Source: Eledone cirrhosa (Eukaryota). From it: a stretch of DNA of 64,000 nucleotides. Both the position numbers and the translations under genes were made by a program. Under the pieces are notes generated by a model that saw nothing but the letters and a program-made list of their open reading frames with translations, searched no databases and was not told the DNA's origin. The stretch covers positions 389,856,001-389,920,000 of the forward strand of contig OZ024740.1 in assembly GCA_964016885.1 (NCBI GenBank). The letters are read 5' to 3'. This document shows, in pieces, positions 27,871 through 41,700 of this stretch; the first letter of the stretch is position 1; the number at the start of each line of letters is the position of its first letter.

Positions 27871-30800
27871 GTTAATTCATGTTCATTCGGAGTTAGAACC
27901 TCTGTTTATTCATGTTCTATCGGAGTTAGAACCTCTATTTATTCATGTTCTGTCGCAGTTAGAATCTCTATTTATTCAATATCTGTCGCAGTTAGAACCT
28001 CTTGTCGGAGTCAGAACCTCTATTTATTCATGTTCAGTCGGAGTCAGAACCTCTATTTATTCATGTTCTGTCGGAGTTAGAACCTCTGTTTATTCATGTT
28101 CTGTGGGAGTTAGAACCTCGATTTATTCATGTTCTGTCGGAGTTAGAACCTCTGTTTATTCATGTTCTGTCGGAGTCAGAACCTCTATTTATTCATGTTC
28201 TGTCGGAGTGAGAACCTCTGTTTATTCATGTTCTGTCGGACTTAGAACCTCTATTTATTCATGTTCTGTCGGAGTTAGAGCCTCTATTTATTCATGTTCT
28301 GTCGCAGTTAGAACCTCTATTTATTCAATATCTGTCGCAGTTAGAACCTCTTGTCGGAGTTAGAACATCTATTTATTCATGTTCTGTCGGAGTCAGAACC
28401 TCTGTTTATTCATGTTCTGTCGGAGTTAGAACCTCTATTTATTCATGTTCTTTCGGAGTTAGAACCTCTGTTTATTCATGTTCTTTCGGAGTTAGAACCT
28501 CGATTTATTCATGTTCTGTCGGAGTTAGAACCTCTATTTATTCATCTTCTGTCGGAGTTAGAACCTCTATTTATTCATGTTCTGTCGGAGTTGGAATCTC
28601 TATTCATTCATGTTCTGTCGGAGTTAGAACCTCTGTTTATTCATGTTCTGTCGGAGTGAGACCCTCTATTTATTCATGTTCTGTCGGAGTTAGAACCTCT
28701 ATTTATTCATGTTCTGTCGGAGTTAGAACCTCTGTTTATTCATGTTCATTCAGAGTTAGAACCTCTGTTTATTCATGTTCTATCGGAATTAGAACCTCTG
28801 TTTATTCATGTTCTTTCGGAGTTAGAACCTCTATTTATTCATGTTCTGTCGCAGTTAGAATCTCTATTTATTCATGTTCTGTCGGAGTTAGAACCTCTAT
28901 TTATTCATGTTCTGTCGGAGTTAGAACCTCTATTTATTCATGTTCTGTCGCAGTTAGAATCTCTATTTATTCATGTTCTGTCGGAGTTAGAACCTCTATT
29001 TATTCATGTTCTGTCGGAGTTAGCACCTCTATTTATTCATGTTCTGTCGCCGTTAGAATCTCTATTTATTCATGTTCTGTCGGAGTTAGAACCTCTATTT
29101 ATTCATGTTCTGTCGGAGTTAGAACCTCTGTTTATTCATGTTCTGTCGGAGTGAGACCCTCTATTTATTCATGTTCTGTCGGAGTTAGAACCTCTATTTA
29201 TTCATGTTCTGTCGGAGTTAGAACCTCTGTTTATTCATGTTCTTTCGGAGTTAGAACCTCTATTTATTCATGTTCTTTCGGAGTTAGAACCTCTATTTAT
29301 TCATGTTCTGTCGCAGTTAGAACCTCTTTTCGGAGTTACAACCTCTATTTATTCATGTTCTGTCGGAGTTAGAACCTCTATTTATTCATGTTCTGTCGGA
29401 GTTAGAACCTCTGTTTATTCATGTTCTGTCGCAGTTAGAACCTCTATTTATTCATGTTCTGTGGGAGTTAGAACCTCGATTTATTCATGTTCTGTCGGAG
29501 TTAGAACCTCTGTTTATTCATGTTCTATCGGAATTAGAACCTCTGTTTATTCATGTTCTTTCGGAGTTAGAACCTCTATTTATTCATGTTCTGTCGCAGT
29601 TAGAATCTCTATTTATTCATGTTCTGTCGGAGTTAGAACCTCTATTTATTCATGTTCTGTCGGAGTTAGAACCTCTGTTTATTCATGTTCTGTCGGAGTT
29701 AGAACCTCTATTTATTCATGTTCTGTCGGAGTTAGAGCCTCTATTTATTCATGTTCTGACGCAGTTAGAACCTCTATTTATTCAATATCTGTCGCAGTTA
29801 GAACCTCTTGTCGGAGTCAGAACCTCTATTTATTCATGTTCTGTCGGAGTCAGAAACTCTATTCATTCATGTTATGTCGGAGTCAGAACCTCTATATATT
29901 CATGTTCTGTCGGAGTTAGAACCGCTGTTTATTCATGTTCTGTCGGAGTCAGAACCTCTATTTATTCATGTTCTGTCGGAGTGAGAACCTCTGTTTATTC
30001 ATGTTCTGTCGGAGTTAGAACCTCTGTTTATTCATATTCTGTCGGAGTCAGAACCTCTATTTATTCATGTTCTGTCGGAGTTAGAACCTCTATTTATTCA
30101 TGTTCTGTCGGAGTTAGAACCTCTATTTATTCATGTTCTGTCGCAGTTAGAATCTCTATTTATTCATGTTCTGTCGGAGTTAGAACCTCTATTTATTCAT
30201 GTTCTGTCGGAGTTAGAACCTCTGTTTATTCATGTTCTGTCGGAGTGAGACCCTCTATTTATTCATGTTCTGTCGGAGTTAGAACCTCTATTTATTCATG
30301 TTCTGTCGGAGTTAGAACCTCTGTTTATTCATGTTCTGTCGGAGTGAGACCCTCTATTTATTCATGTTCTGTCGGAGTTAGAACCTCTATTTCTTCATGT
30401 TCTGTCGGAGTTAGAACCTCTGTTTATTCATGTTCATTCGGAGTTAGAACCTCTGTTTATTCATGTTCTATCGGAGTTAGAACCTCTATTTATTCATGTT
30501 CTGTCGCAGTTAGAATCTCTATTTATTCAATATCTGTCGCAGTTAGAACCTCTTGTCGGAGTCAGAACCTCTATTTATTCATGTTCAGTCGGAGACAGAA
30601 CCTCTATTTATTCATGTTCTGTCGGAGTTAGAACCTCTGTTTATTCATGTTCTGTGGGAGTTAGAACCTCGATTTATTCATGTTCTGTCGGAGTTAGAAC
30701 CTCTGTTTATTCATGTTCTGTCGGAGTCAGAACCTCTATTTATTCATGTTCTGTCGGAGTGAGAACCTCTGTTTATTCATGTTCTGTCGGACTTAGAACC

Positions 30801-32210
30801 TCTATTTATTCATGTTCTGTCGGAGTTAGAGCCTCTATTTATTCATGTTCTGTCGCAGTTAGAACCTCTATTTATTCAATATCTGTCGCAGTTAGAACCT
30901 CTTGTCGGAGTTAGAACATCTATTTATTCATGTTCTGTCGGAGTCAGAACCTCTGTTTATTCATGTTCTGTCGGAGTTAGAACCTCTATTTATTCATGTT
31001 CTTTCGGAGTTAGAACCTCTGTTTATTCATGTTCTTTCGGAGTTAGAACCTCGATTTATTCATGTTCTGTCGGAGTTAGAACCTCTATTTATTCATCTTC
31101 TGTCGGAGTTAGAACCTCTATTTATTCATGTTCTGTCGGAGTTGGAATCTCTATTCATTCATGTTCTGTCGGAGTTAGAACCTCTGTTTATTCATGTTCT
31201 GTCGGAGTGAGACCCTCTATTTATTCATGTTCTGTCGGAGTTAGAACCTCTATTTATTCATGTTCTGTCGGAGTTAGAACCTCTGTTTATTCATGTTCAT
31301 TCAGAGTTAGAACCTCTGTTTATTCATGTTCTATCGGAATTAGAACCTCTGTTTATTCATGTTCTTTCGGAGTTAGAACCTCTATTTATTCATGTTCTGT
31401 CGCAGTTAGAATCTCTATTTATTCATGTTCTGTCGGAGTTAGAACCTCTATTTATTCATGTTCTGTCGGAGTTAGAACCTCTATTTATTCATGTTCTGTC
31501 GCAGTTAGAATCTCTATTTATTCATGTTCTGTCGGAGTTAGAACCTCTATTTATTCATGTTCTGTCGGAGTTAGCACCTCTATTTATTCATGTTCTGTCG
31601 CCGTTAGAATCTCTATTTATTCATGTTCTGTCGGAGTTAGAACCTCTATTTATTCATGTTCTGTCGGAGTTAGAACCTCTGTTTATTCATGTTCTGTCGG
31701 AGTGAGACCCTCTATTTATTCATGTTCTGTCGGAGTTAGAACCTCTATTTATTCATGTTCTGTCGGAGTTAGAACCTCTGTTTATTCATGTTCTTTCGGA
31801 GTTAGAACCTCTATTTATTCATGTTCTTTCGGAGTTAGAACCTCTATTTATTCATGTTCTGTCGCAGTTAGAACCTCTTTTCGGAGTTACAACCTCTATT
31901 TATTCATGTTCTGTCGGAGTTAGAACCTCTATTTATTCATGTTCTGTCGGAGTTAGAACCTCTGTTTATTCATGTTCTGTCGCAGTTAGAACCTCTATTT
32001 ATTCATGTTCTGTGGGAGTTAGAACCTCGATTTATTCATGTTCTGTCGGAGTTAGAACCTCTGTTTATTCATGTTCTATCGGAATTAGAACCTCTGTTTA
32101 TTCATGTTCTTTCGGAGTTAGAACCTCTATTTATTCATGTTCTGTCGCAGTTAGAATCTCTATTTATTCATGTTCTGTCGGAGTTAGAACCTCTATTTAT
32201 TCATGTTCTG
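27120..32210. repeat. 2551-bp tandem duplication (2 copies), same variant family as the 2749-bp unit
   Basis: 27430->29981, 28002->30553, 28351->30902, 28656->31207 and 29461->32012 all have offset 2551. Shared TTCAGAG, TTAGCACC and GGACTTAG variants. Confidence 0.92.
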
Positions 32211-35200
32211 TCGGAGTTAGAACCTCTATTTATTCATGTTCTGTCGCAGTTAGAATCTCTATTTATTCATGTTCTGTCGGAGTTAGAACCTCTATTTATT
32301 CATGTTCTGTCGGAGTTAGCACCTCTATTTATTCATGTTCTGTCGCCGTTAGAATCTCTATTTATTCATGTTCTGTCGGAGTTAGAACCTCTACTTATTC
32401 ATGTTCTGTCGGAGTTAGAACCTCTGTTTATTCATGTTCTGTCGGAGTGAGACCCTCTATTTATTCATGTTCTGTCGGAGTTAGAACCTCTATTTATTCA
32501 TGTTCTGTCGGAGTTAGAACCTCTGTTTATTCATGTTCTTTCGGAGTTAGAACCTCTATTTATTCATGTTCTTTCGGAGTTAGAACCTCTATTTATTCAT
32601 GTTCTGTCGGAGTTAGAACCTCTGTTTATTCATGTTCTGTCGCAGTTAGAACCTCTATTTATTCATGTTCTGTGGGAGTTAGAACCTCGATTTATTCATG
32701 TTCTGTCGGAGTTAGAACCTCTGTTTATTCATGTTCTGTCGGACTCAGAACCTCTATTTATTCATGTTCTGTCGGAGTGAGAACCTCTGTTTATTCATGT
32801 TCTGTCGGAGTTAGAACCTCTATTTATTCATGTTCTGTCGGAGTTAGAGCCTCTATTTATTCATGTTCTGTCGCAGTTAGAACCTCTATTTATTCAATAT
32901 CTGTCGCAGTTAGAACCTCTTGTCGGAGTTAGAACATCTATTTATTCATGTTCTGTCGGAGTCAGAACCTCTGTTTATTCATGTTCTGTCGGAGTGAGAC
33001 CCTCTATTTATTCATGTTCTGTCGGAGTTAGAACCTCTATTTATTCATGTTCATTCGGAGTTAGAACCTCTGTTTATTCATGTTCTATCGGAATTAGAAC
33101 CTCTGTTTATTCATGTTCTTTCGGAGTTAGAACCTCTATTTATTCATGTTCTGTCGCAGTTAGAATCTCTATTTATTCATGTTCTGTCGGAGTTAGAACC
33201 TCTATTTATTCATGTTCTGTCGGAGTTAGAACCTCTATTTATTCATGTTCTGTCGGAGTTAGAACCTCTATTTATTCATGTTCTGTCGGAGTTAGAACCT
33301 CTATTTATTCATGTTCTGTCGCAGTTAGAATCTCTATTTATTCATGTTCTGTCGGAGTTAGAACCTCTATTTATTCATGTTCTGTCGGAGTTAGAACCTC
33401 TATTTATTCATGTTCTGTCGCAGTTAGAATCTCTATTTATTCATGTTCTGTCGGAGTTAGAACCTCTATTTATTCATGTTCTGTCGGAGTTAGAACCTCT
33501 GTTTATTCATGTTCTGTCGGAGTGAGACCCTCTATTTATTCATGTTCTGTCGGAGTTAGAACCTCTATTTATTCATGTTCTGTCGGAGTTAGAACCTCTG
33601 TTTATTCATGTTCATTCGGAGTTAGAACCTCTGTTTATTCATGTTCTATCGGAATTAGAACCTCTGTTTATTCATGTTCTTTCGGAGTTAGAACCTCTAT
33701 TTATTCATGTTCTGTCGCAGTTAGAACCTCTTTTCGGAGTTACAACCTCTATTTATTCATGTTCTGTCGGAGTTAGAACCTCTATTTATTCATGTTCTGT
33801 CGGAGTTAGAACCTCTATTTATTCATGTTCTGTCGCAGTTAGAATCTCTATTTATTCATGTTCTGTCGGAGTGAGAACCTCTGTTTATTCATGTTCTGTC
33901 GGAGTTAGAACCTCTATTTATTCATGTTCTGTCGGAGTTAGAGCCTCTATTTATTCATGTTCTGTCGCAGTTAGAACCTCTTGTCGGAGTTAGAACATCT
34001 ATTTATTCATGTTCTGTCGGAGTCAGAACCTCTGTTTATTCATGTTCTGTCGGAGTTAGAACCTCTATTTATTCATGTTCTTTCGGAGTTAGAACCTCTG
34101 TTTATTCATGTTCTTTCGGAGTTAGAACCTCGATTTATTCATGTTCTGTCGGAGTTAGAACCTCTATTTATTCATCTTCTGTCGGAGTTAGAACCTCTAT
34201 TTATTCATGTTCTGTCGGAGTTGGAATCTCTATTCATTCATGTTCTGTCGGAGTTAGAACCTCTATTTATTCATGTTCTGTCGGAGTTAGAAGCTCTATT
34301 TATTCATGTTCTGTCGCATTTAGAACCTCTGTTTATTCATGTTCGGTCGGAGTTAGAACCTCTTGTCGGAGTTAGAACCTCTGTTTATTCATGTTCTTTC
34401 GGAGTTAAAACCTCTGTTTATTCATGTTATGTCGCAGTTAGAACCACTATTTATTCATGTTCTGTCGGAGTTAGAAGCTCTATTTATTCATGTTCTGTCG
34501 CATTTAGAACCTCTGTTTATTCATGTTCTGTCGGAGTTAGAAGCTCTTGTCGGAGTCAGAACCTCTATTTATTCATGTTCTTTCGGAGTTAGAACCTCTA
34601 TTTATTCATGTTCTGTCGCAGTTAGAATCTCTATTTATTCAATATCTGTCGCAGTTAGAACCTCTTGTCGGAGTCAGAACCTCTATTTATTCATGTTCAG
34701 TCGGAGTCAGAACCTCTATTTATTCATGTTCTGTCGGAGTTAGAACCTCTGTTTATTCATGTTCTGTCTCAGTTAGAACCTCTATTTATTCATGTTCTGT
34801 GGGAGTTAGAACCTCGATTTATTCATGTTCTGTCGGAGTTAGAACCTCTGTTTATTCATGTTCTGTCGGAGTCAGAACCTCTATTTATTCATGTTCTGTC
34901 GGAGTGAGAACCTCTGTTTATTCATGTTCTGTCGGAGTTAGAACCTCTATTTATTCATGTTCTGTCGGAGTGAGAACCTCTGTTTATTCATGTTCTGTCG
35001 GAGTTAGAACCTCTATTTATTCATGTTCTGTCGGAGTTAGAGCCTCTATTTATTCATGTTCTGTCGCAGTTAGAACCTCTATTTATTCAATATCTGTCGC
35101 AGTTAGAACCTCTTGTCGGAGTCAGAACCTCTATTTATTCATGTTCTGTCGGAGTTAGAAACTCTATTCATTCATGTTATGTCGGAGTCAGAACCTCTAT

Positions 35201-35789
35201 ATATTCATGTTCTGTCGGAGTTAGAACCGCTGTTTATTCATGTTCTGTCGGAGTCAGAACCTCTATTTATTCATGTTCTGTGGGAGTTAGAACCTCGATT
35301 TATTCATGTTCTGTCGGAGTCAGAACCTCTATTTATTCATGTTCTGTCGGAGTGAGAACCTCTGTTTATTCATGTTCTGTCGGAGTTAGAACCTCTATTT
35401 ATTCATGTTCTGTCGGAGTTAGAGCCTCTATTTATTCATGTTCTGTCGCAGTTAGAACCTCTATTTATTCAATATCTGTCGCAGTTAGAACCTCTTGTCG
35501 GAGTCAGAACCTCTGTTTATTCATGTTCTGTCGGAGTCAGAAACTCTATTCATTCATGTTCTGTCGGAGTTAGAACCTCTATTTATTCATGTTCTGTCGG
35601 AGTTAGAACCTCTGTTTATTCATGTTCTGTCGGAGTGAGACCCTCTATTTATTCATGTTCTGTCGGAGTTAGAACCTCTATTTATTCATGTTCTGTCGGA
35701 GTTAGAACCTCTGTTTATTCATGTTCATTCGGAGTTAGAACCTCTGTTTATTCATGTTCTATCGGAATTAGAACCTCTATTTATTCATG

Positions 35790-38700
35790 TTCTGTCGGAG
35801 TTAGAACCTCTGTTTATTCATGTTCTGTCGGAGTTAGAACCTCTTGTCGGAGTCAGAACCTCTATTTATTCATGTTCTTTCGGAGTTAGAACCTCTATTT
35901 ATTCATGTTCTGTCGCAGTTAGAATCTCTATTTATTCAATATCTGTCGCAGTTAGAACCTCTTGTCGGAGTCAGAACCTCTATTTATTCATGTTCTGTCG
36001 GAGTTAGAACCTCTGTTTATTCATGTTCTGTCGCAGTTAGAACCTCTATTTATTCATGTTCTGTGGGAGTTAGAACCTCGATTTATTCATGTTCTGTCGG
36101 AGTTAGAACCTCTGTTTATTCATGTTCTGTCGGAGTCAGAACCTCTATTTATTCATGTTCTGTCGGAGTCAGAACCTCTGTTTATTCATGTTCTGTCGGA
36201 GTTAGAACCTCTATTTATTCATGTTCTGTCGGAGTTAGAGCCTCTATTTATTCATGTTCTGTCGCAGTTAGAACCTCTATTTATTCAATATCTGTCGCAG
36301 TTCGAACCTCTTGTCGGAGTTAGAACATCTATTTATTCATGTTCTGTCGGAGTCAGAACCTCTATTTATTCATGTTCTTTCGGAGTTAGAACCTCTGTTT
36401 ATTCATGTTCTTTCGGAGTTAGAACCTCGATTTATTCATGTTCTGTCGGAGTTAGAACCTCTATTTATTCATCTTCTGTCGGAGATAGAACCTCTATTTA
36501 TTCATGTTCTGTCGGAGTTGGAATCTCTATTCATTCATGTTCTGTCGGAGTTAGAACCTCTGTTTATTCATGTTCTATCGGAGTTAGAACCTCTATTTAT
36601 TCATGTTCTGTCGCAGTTAGAATCTCTATTTATTCAATATCTGTCGCAGTTAGAACCTCTTGTCGGAGTCAGAACCTCTATTTATTCATGTTCAGTCGGA
36701 GTCAGAACCTCTATTTATTCATGTTCTGTCGGAGTTAGAACCTCTGTTTATTCATGTTCTGTCGCAGTTAGAACCTCTATTTATTCATGTACTGTGGGAG
36801 TTAGAACCTCGATTTATTCATGTTCTGTCGGAGTTAGAACCTCTGTTTATTCATGTTCTGTCGGAGTCAGAACCTCTATTTATTCATGTTCTGTCGGAGT
36901 GAGAACCTCTGTTTATTCATGTTCTGTCGGAGTTAGAACCTCTATTTATTCATGTTCTGTCGGAGTTAGAGCCTCTATTTATTCATGTTCTGTCGCAGTT
37001 AGAACCTCTATTTATTCAATATCTGTCGCAGTTAGAACCTCTTGTCGGAGTCAGAACCTCTATTTATTCATGTTCTGTCGGAGTCAGAAACTCTATTCAT
37101 TCATGTTATGTCGGAGTTAGAACCTCTGTTTATTCATTTTCATTCGGAGTTAGAACCTCTGTTTATTCATGTTCTATCGGAATTAGAACCTCTATTTATT
37201 CATGTTCTGTCGGAGTTAGAGCCTCTATTTATTCATGTTCTGTCGCAGTTAGAACCTCTATTTATTCAATATCTGTCGCAGTTAGAACCTCTTGTCGGAG
37301 TCAGAACCTCTATTTATTCATGTTCTGTCGGAGTTATAAACTCTATTCATTCATGTTATGTCGGAGTCAGAACCTCTATATATTCATGTTCTGTCGGAGT
37401 TAGAACCGCTGTTTATTCATGTTCTGTCGGAGTCAGAACCTCTATTTATTCATGTTCTGTGGGAGTTAGAACCTCGATTTATTCATGTTCTGTCGGAGTC
37501 AGAACCTCTATTTATTCATGTTCTGTCGGAGTGAGAACCTCTGTTTATTCATGTTCTGTCGGAGTTAGAACCTCTATTTATTCATGTTCTGTCGGAGTTA
37601 GAGCCTCTATTTATTCATGTTCTGTCGCAGTTAGAACCTCTATTTATTCAATATCTGTCGCAGTTAGAACCTCTTGTCGGAGTCAGAACCTCTGTTTATT
37701 CATGTTCTGTCGGAGTCAGAAACTCTATTCATTCATGTTCTGTCGGAGTTAGAACCTCTATTTATTCATGTTCTGTCGGAGTTAGAACCTCTGTTTATTC
37801 ATGTTCTGTCGGAGTGAGACCCTCTCTTTATTCATGTTCTGTCGGAGTTAGAACCTCTATTTATTCATGTTCTGTCGGAGTTAGAACCTCTGTTTATTCA
37901 TGTTCATTCGGAGTTAGAACCTCTGTTTATTCATGTTCTATCGGAATTAGAACCTCTGTTTATTCATGTTCTTTCGGAGTTAGAATCTCTATTTATTCAT
38001 GTTCTGTCGCAGTTAGAACCTCTTTTCGGAGTTACAACCTCTATTTATTCATGGTCTGTCGGAGTTAGAACCTCTATTTATTCATGTTCTGTCGGAGTTA
38101 GAACCTCTGTTTATTCAGGTTCTGTCGGAGTTAGAACCTCTTGTCGGAGTCAGAACCTCTATTTATTCATGTTCTTTCGGAGTTAGAACCTCTATTTATT
38201 CATGTTCTGTCGCAGTTAGAATCTCTATTTATTCAATATCTGTCGCAGTTAGAACCTCTTGTCGGAGTCAGAACCTCTATTTATTCATGTTCTGTCGGAG
38301 TTAGAACCTCTGTTTATTCATGTTCTGTCGCAGTTAGAACCTCTATTTATTCATGTTCTGTGGGAGTTAGAACCTCGATTTATTCATGTTCTGTCGGAGT
38401 TAGAACCTCTGTTTATTCATGTTCTGTCGGAGTCAGAACCTCTATTTATTCATGTTCTGTCGGAGTCAGAACCTCTGTTTATTCATGTTCTGTCGGAGTT
38501 AGAACCTCTATTTATTCATGTTCTGTCGGAGTTAGAGCCTCTATTTATTCATGTTCTGTCGCAGTTAGAACCTCTATTTATTCAATATCTGTCGCAGTTC
38601 GAACCTCTTGTCGGAGTTAGAACATCTATTTATTCATGTTCTGTCGGAGTCAGAACCTCTATTTATTCATGTTCTTTCGGAGTTAGAACCTCTGTTTATT

Positions 38701-41700
38701 CATGTTCTTTCGGAGTTAGAACCTCGATTTATTCATGTTCTGTCGGAGTTAGAACCTCTATTTATTCATCTTCTGTCGGAGATAGAACCTCTATTTATTC
38801 ATGTTCTGTCGGAGTTGGAATCTCTATTCATTCATGTTCTGTCGGAGTTAGAACCTCTGTTTATTCATGTTCTATCGGAGTTAGAACCTCTATTTATTCA
38901 TGTTCTGTCGCAGTTAGAATCTCTTTTATTCAATATCTGTCGCAGTTAGAACCTCTTGTCGGAGTCAGAACCTCTATTTATTCATGTTCAGTCGGAGTCA
39001 GAACCTCTATTTATTCATGTTCTGTCGGAGTTAGAACCTCTGTTTATTCATGTTCTGTCGCAGTTAGAACCTCTATTTATTCATGTACTGTGGGAGTTAG
39101 AACCTCGATTTATTCATGTTCTGTCGGAGTTAGAACCTCTGTTTATTCATGTTCTGTCGGAGTCAGAACCTCTATTTATTCATGTTCTGTCGGAGTGAGA
39201 ACCTCTGTTTATTCATGTTCTGTCGGAGTTAGAACCTCTATTTATTCATGTTCTGTCGGAGTTAGAGCCTCTATTTATTCATGTTCTGTCGCAGTTAGAA
39301 CCTCTATTTATTCAATATCTGTCGCAGTTAGAACCTCTTGTCGGAGTTAGAACATCTATTTATTCATGTTCTGTCGGAGTCAGAACCTCTATTTATTCAT
39401 GTTCGGTCGGAGTTAGAACCTCTGTTTATTCATGTTCATTCGGAGTTAGAACCTCTGTTTATTCATGTTCTATCGGAATTAGAACCTCTGTTTATTCATG
39501 TTCTTTCGGAGTTAGAATCTCTATTTATTCATGTTCTGTCGCAGTTAGAACCTCTTTTCGGAGTTACAACCTCTATTTATTCATGGTCTGTCGGAGTTAG
39601 AACCTCTATTTATTCATGTTCTGTCGGAGTTAGAACCTCTGTTTATTCATGTTCTGTCGGAGTTAGAACCTCTTGTCGGAGTCAGAACCTCTATTTATTC
39701 ATGTTCTTTCGGAGTTAGAACCTCTATTTATTCATGTTCTGTCGCAGTTAGAATCTCTATTTATTCAATATCTGTCGCAGTTAGAACCTCTTGTCGGAGT
39801 CAGAACCTCTATTTATTCATGTTCTGTCGGAGTTAGAACCTCTGTTTATTCATGTTCTGTCGCAGTTAGAACCTCTATTTATTCATGTTCTGTGGGAGTT
39901 AGAACCTCGATTTATTCATGTTCTGTCGGAGTTAGAACCTCTGTTTATTCATGTTCTGTCGGAGTCAGAACCTCTATTTATTCATGTTCTGTCGGAGTCA
40001 GAACCTCTGTTTATTCATGTTCTGTCGGAGTTAGAACCTCTATTTATTCATGTTCTGTCGGAGTTAGAGCCTCTATTTATTCATGTTCTGTCGCAGTTAG
40101 AACCTCTATTTATTCAATATCTGTCGCAGTTCGAACCTCTTGTCGGAGTTAGAACATCTATTTATTCATGTTCTGTCGGAGTCAGAACCTCTATTTATTC
40201 ATGTTCTTTCGGAGTTAGAACCTCTGTTTATTCATGTTCTTTCGGAGTTAGAACCTCGATTTATTCATGTTCTGTCGGAGTTAGAACCTCTATTTATTCA
40301 TCTTCTGTCGGAGATAGAACCTCTATTTATTCATGTTCTGTCGGAGTTGGAATCTCTATTCATTCATGTTCTGTCGGAGTTAGAACCTCTGTTTATTCAT
40401 GTTCTATCGGAGTTAGAACCTCTATTTATTCATGTTCTGTCGCAGTTAGAATCTCTATTTATTCAATATCTGTCGCAGTTAGAACCTCTTGTCGGAGTCA
40501 GAACCTCTATTTATTCATGTTCAGTCGGAGTCAGAACCTCTATTTATTCATGTTCTGTCGGAGTTAGAACCTCTGTTTATTCATGTTCTGTCGCAGTTAG
40601 AACCTCTATTTATTCATGTACTGTGGGAGTTAGAACCTCGATTTATTCATGTTCTGTCGGAGTTAGAACCTCTGTTTATTCATGTTCTGTCGGAGTCAGA
40701 ACCTCTATTTATTCATGTTCTGTCGGAGTGAGAACCTCTGTTTATTCATGTTCTGTCGGAGTTAGAACCTCTATTTATTCATGTTCTGTCGCAGTTAGAA
40801 CCTCTATTTATTCAATATCTGTCGCAGTTAGAACCTCTTGTCGGAGTCAGAACCTCTATTTATTCATGTTCTGTCGGAGTCAGAAACTCTATTCATTCAT
40901 GTTATGTCGGAGTTAGAACCTCTGTTTATTCATTTTCATTCGGAGTTAGAACCTCTGTTTATTCATGTTCTATCGGAATTAGAACCTCTATTTATTCATG
41001 TTCTGTCGGAGTTAGAGCCTCTATTTATTCATGTTCTGTCGCAGTTAGAACCTCTATTTATTCAATATCTGTCGCAGTTAGAACCTCTTGTCGGAGTCAG
41101 AACCTCTATTTATTCATGTTCTGTCGGAGTTAGAAACTCTATTCATTCATGTTATGTCGGAGTCAGAACCTCTATATATTCATGTTCTGTCGGAGTTAGA
41201 ACCGCTGTTTATTCATGTTCTGTCGGAGTCAGAACTTCTATTTATTCATGTTCTGTGGGAGTTAGAACCTCGATTTATTCATGTTCTGTCGGAGTCAGAA
41301 CCTCTATTTATTCATGTTCTGTCGGAGTGAGAACCTCTGTTTATTCATGTTCTGTCGGAGTTAGAACCTCTATTTATTCATGTTCTGTCGGAGTTAGAGC
41401 CTCTATTTATTCATGTTCTGTCGCAGTTAGAACCTCTATTTATTCAATATCTGTCGCAGTTAGAACCTCTTGTCGGAGTCAGAACCTCTGTTTATTCATG
41501 TTCTGTCGGAGTCAGAAACTCTATTCATTCATGTTCTGTCGGAGTTAGAACCTCTATTTATTCATGTTCTGTCGGAGTTAGAACCTCTGTTTATTCATGT
41601 TCTGTCGGAGTGAGACCCTCTATTTATTCATGTTCTGTCGGAGTTAGAACCTCTATTTATTCATGTTCTGTCGGAGTTAGAACCTCTGTTTATTCATGTT

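Noticed and set aside
16650-32210. Near-identical kb-scale tandem blocks as a pure assembly artefact
   Set aside because: Several copies carry private SNPs or monomer-number differences (e.g. CTACTTAT ~25563 absent from its partner, GTTAATTC ~27871, GAGACAG ~30592). Read-level validation is still needed, especially for the 1367-bp and 2749-bp pairs.
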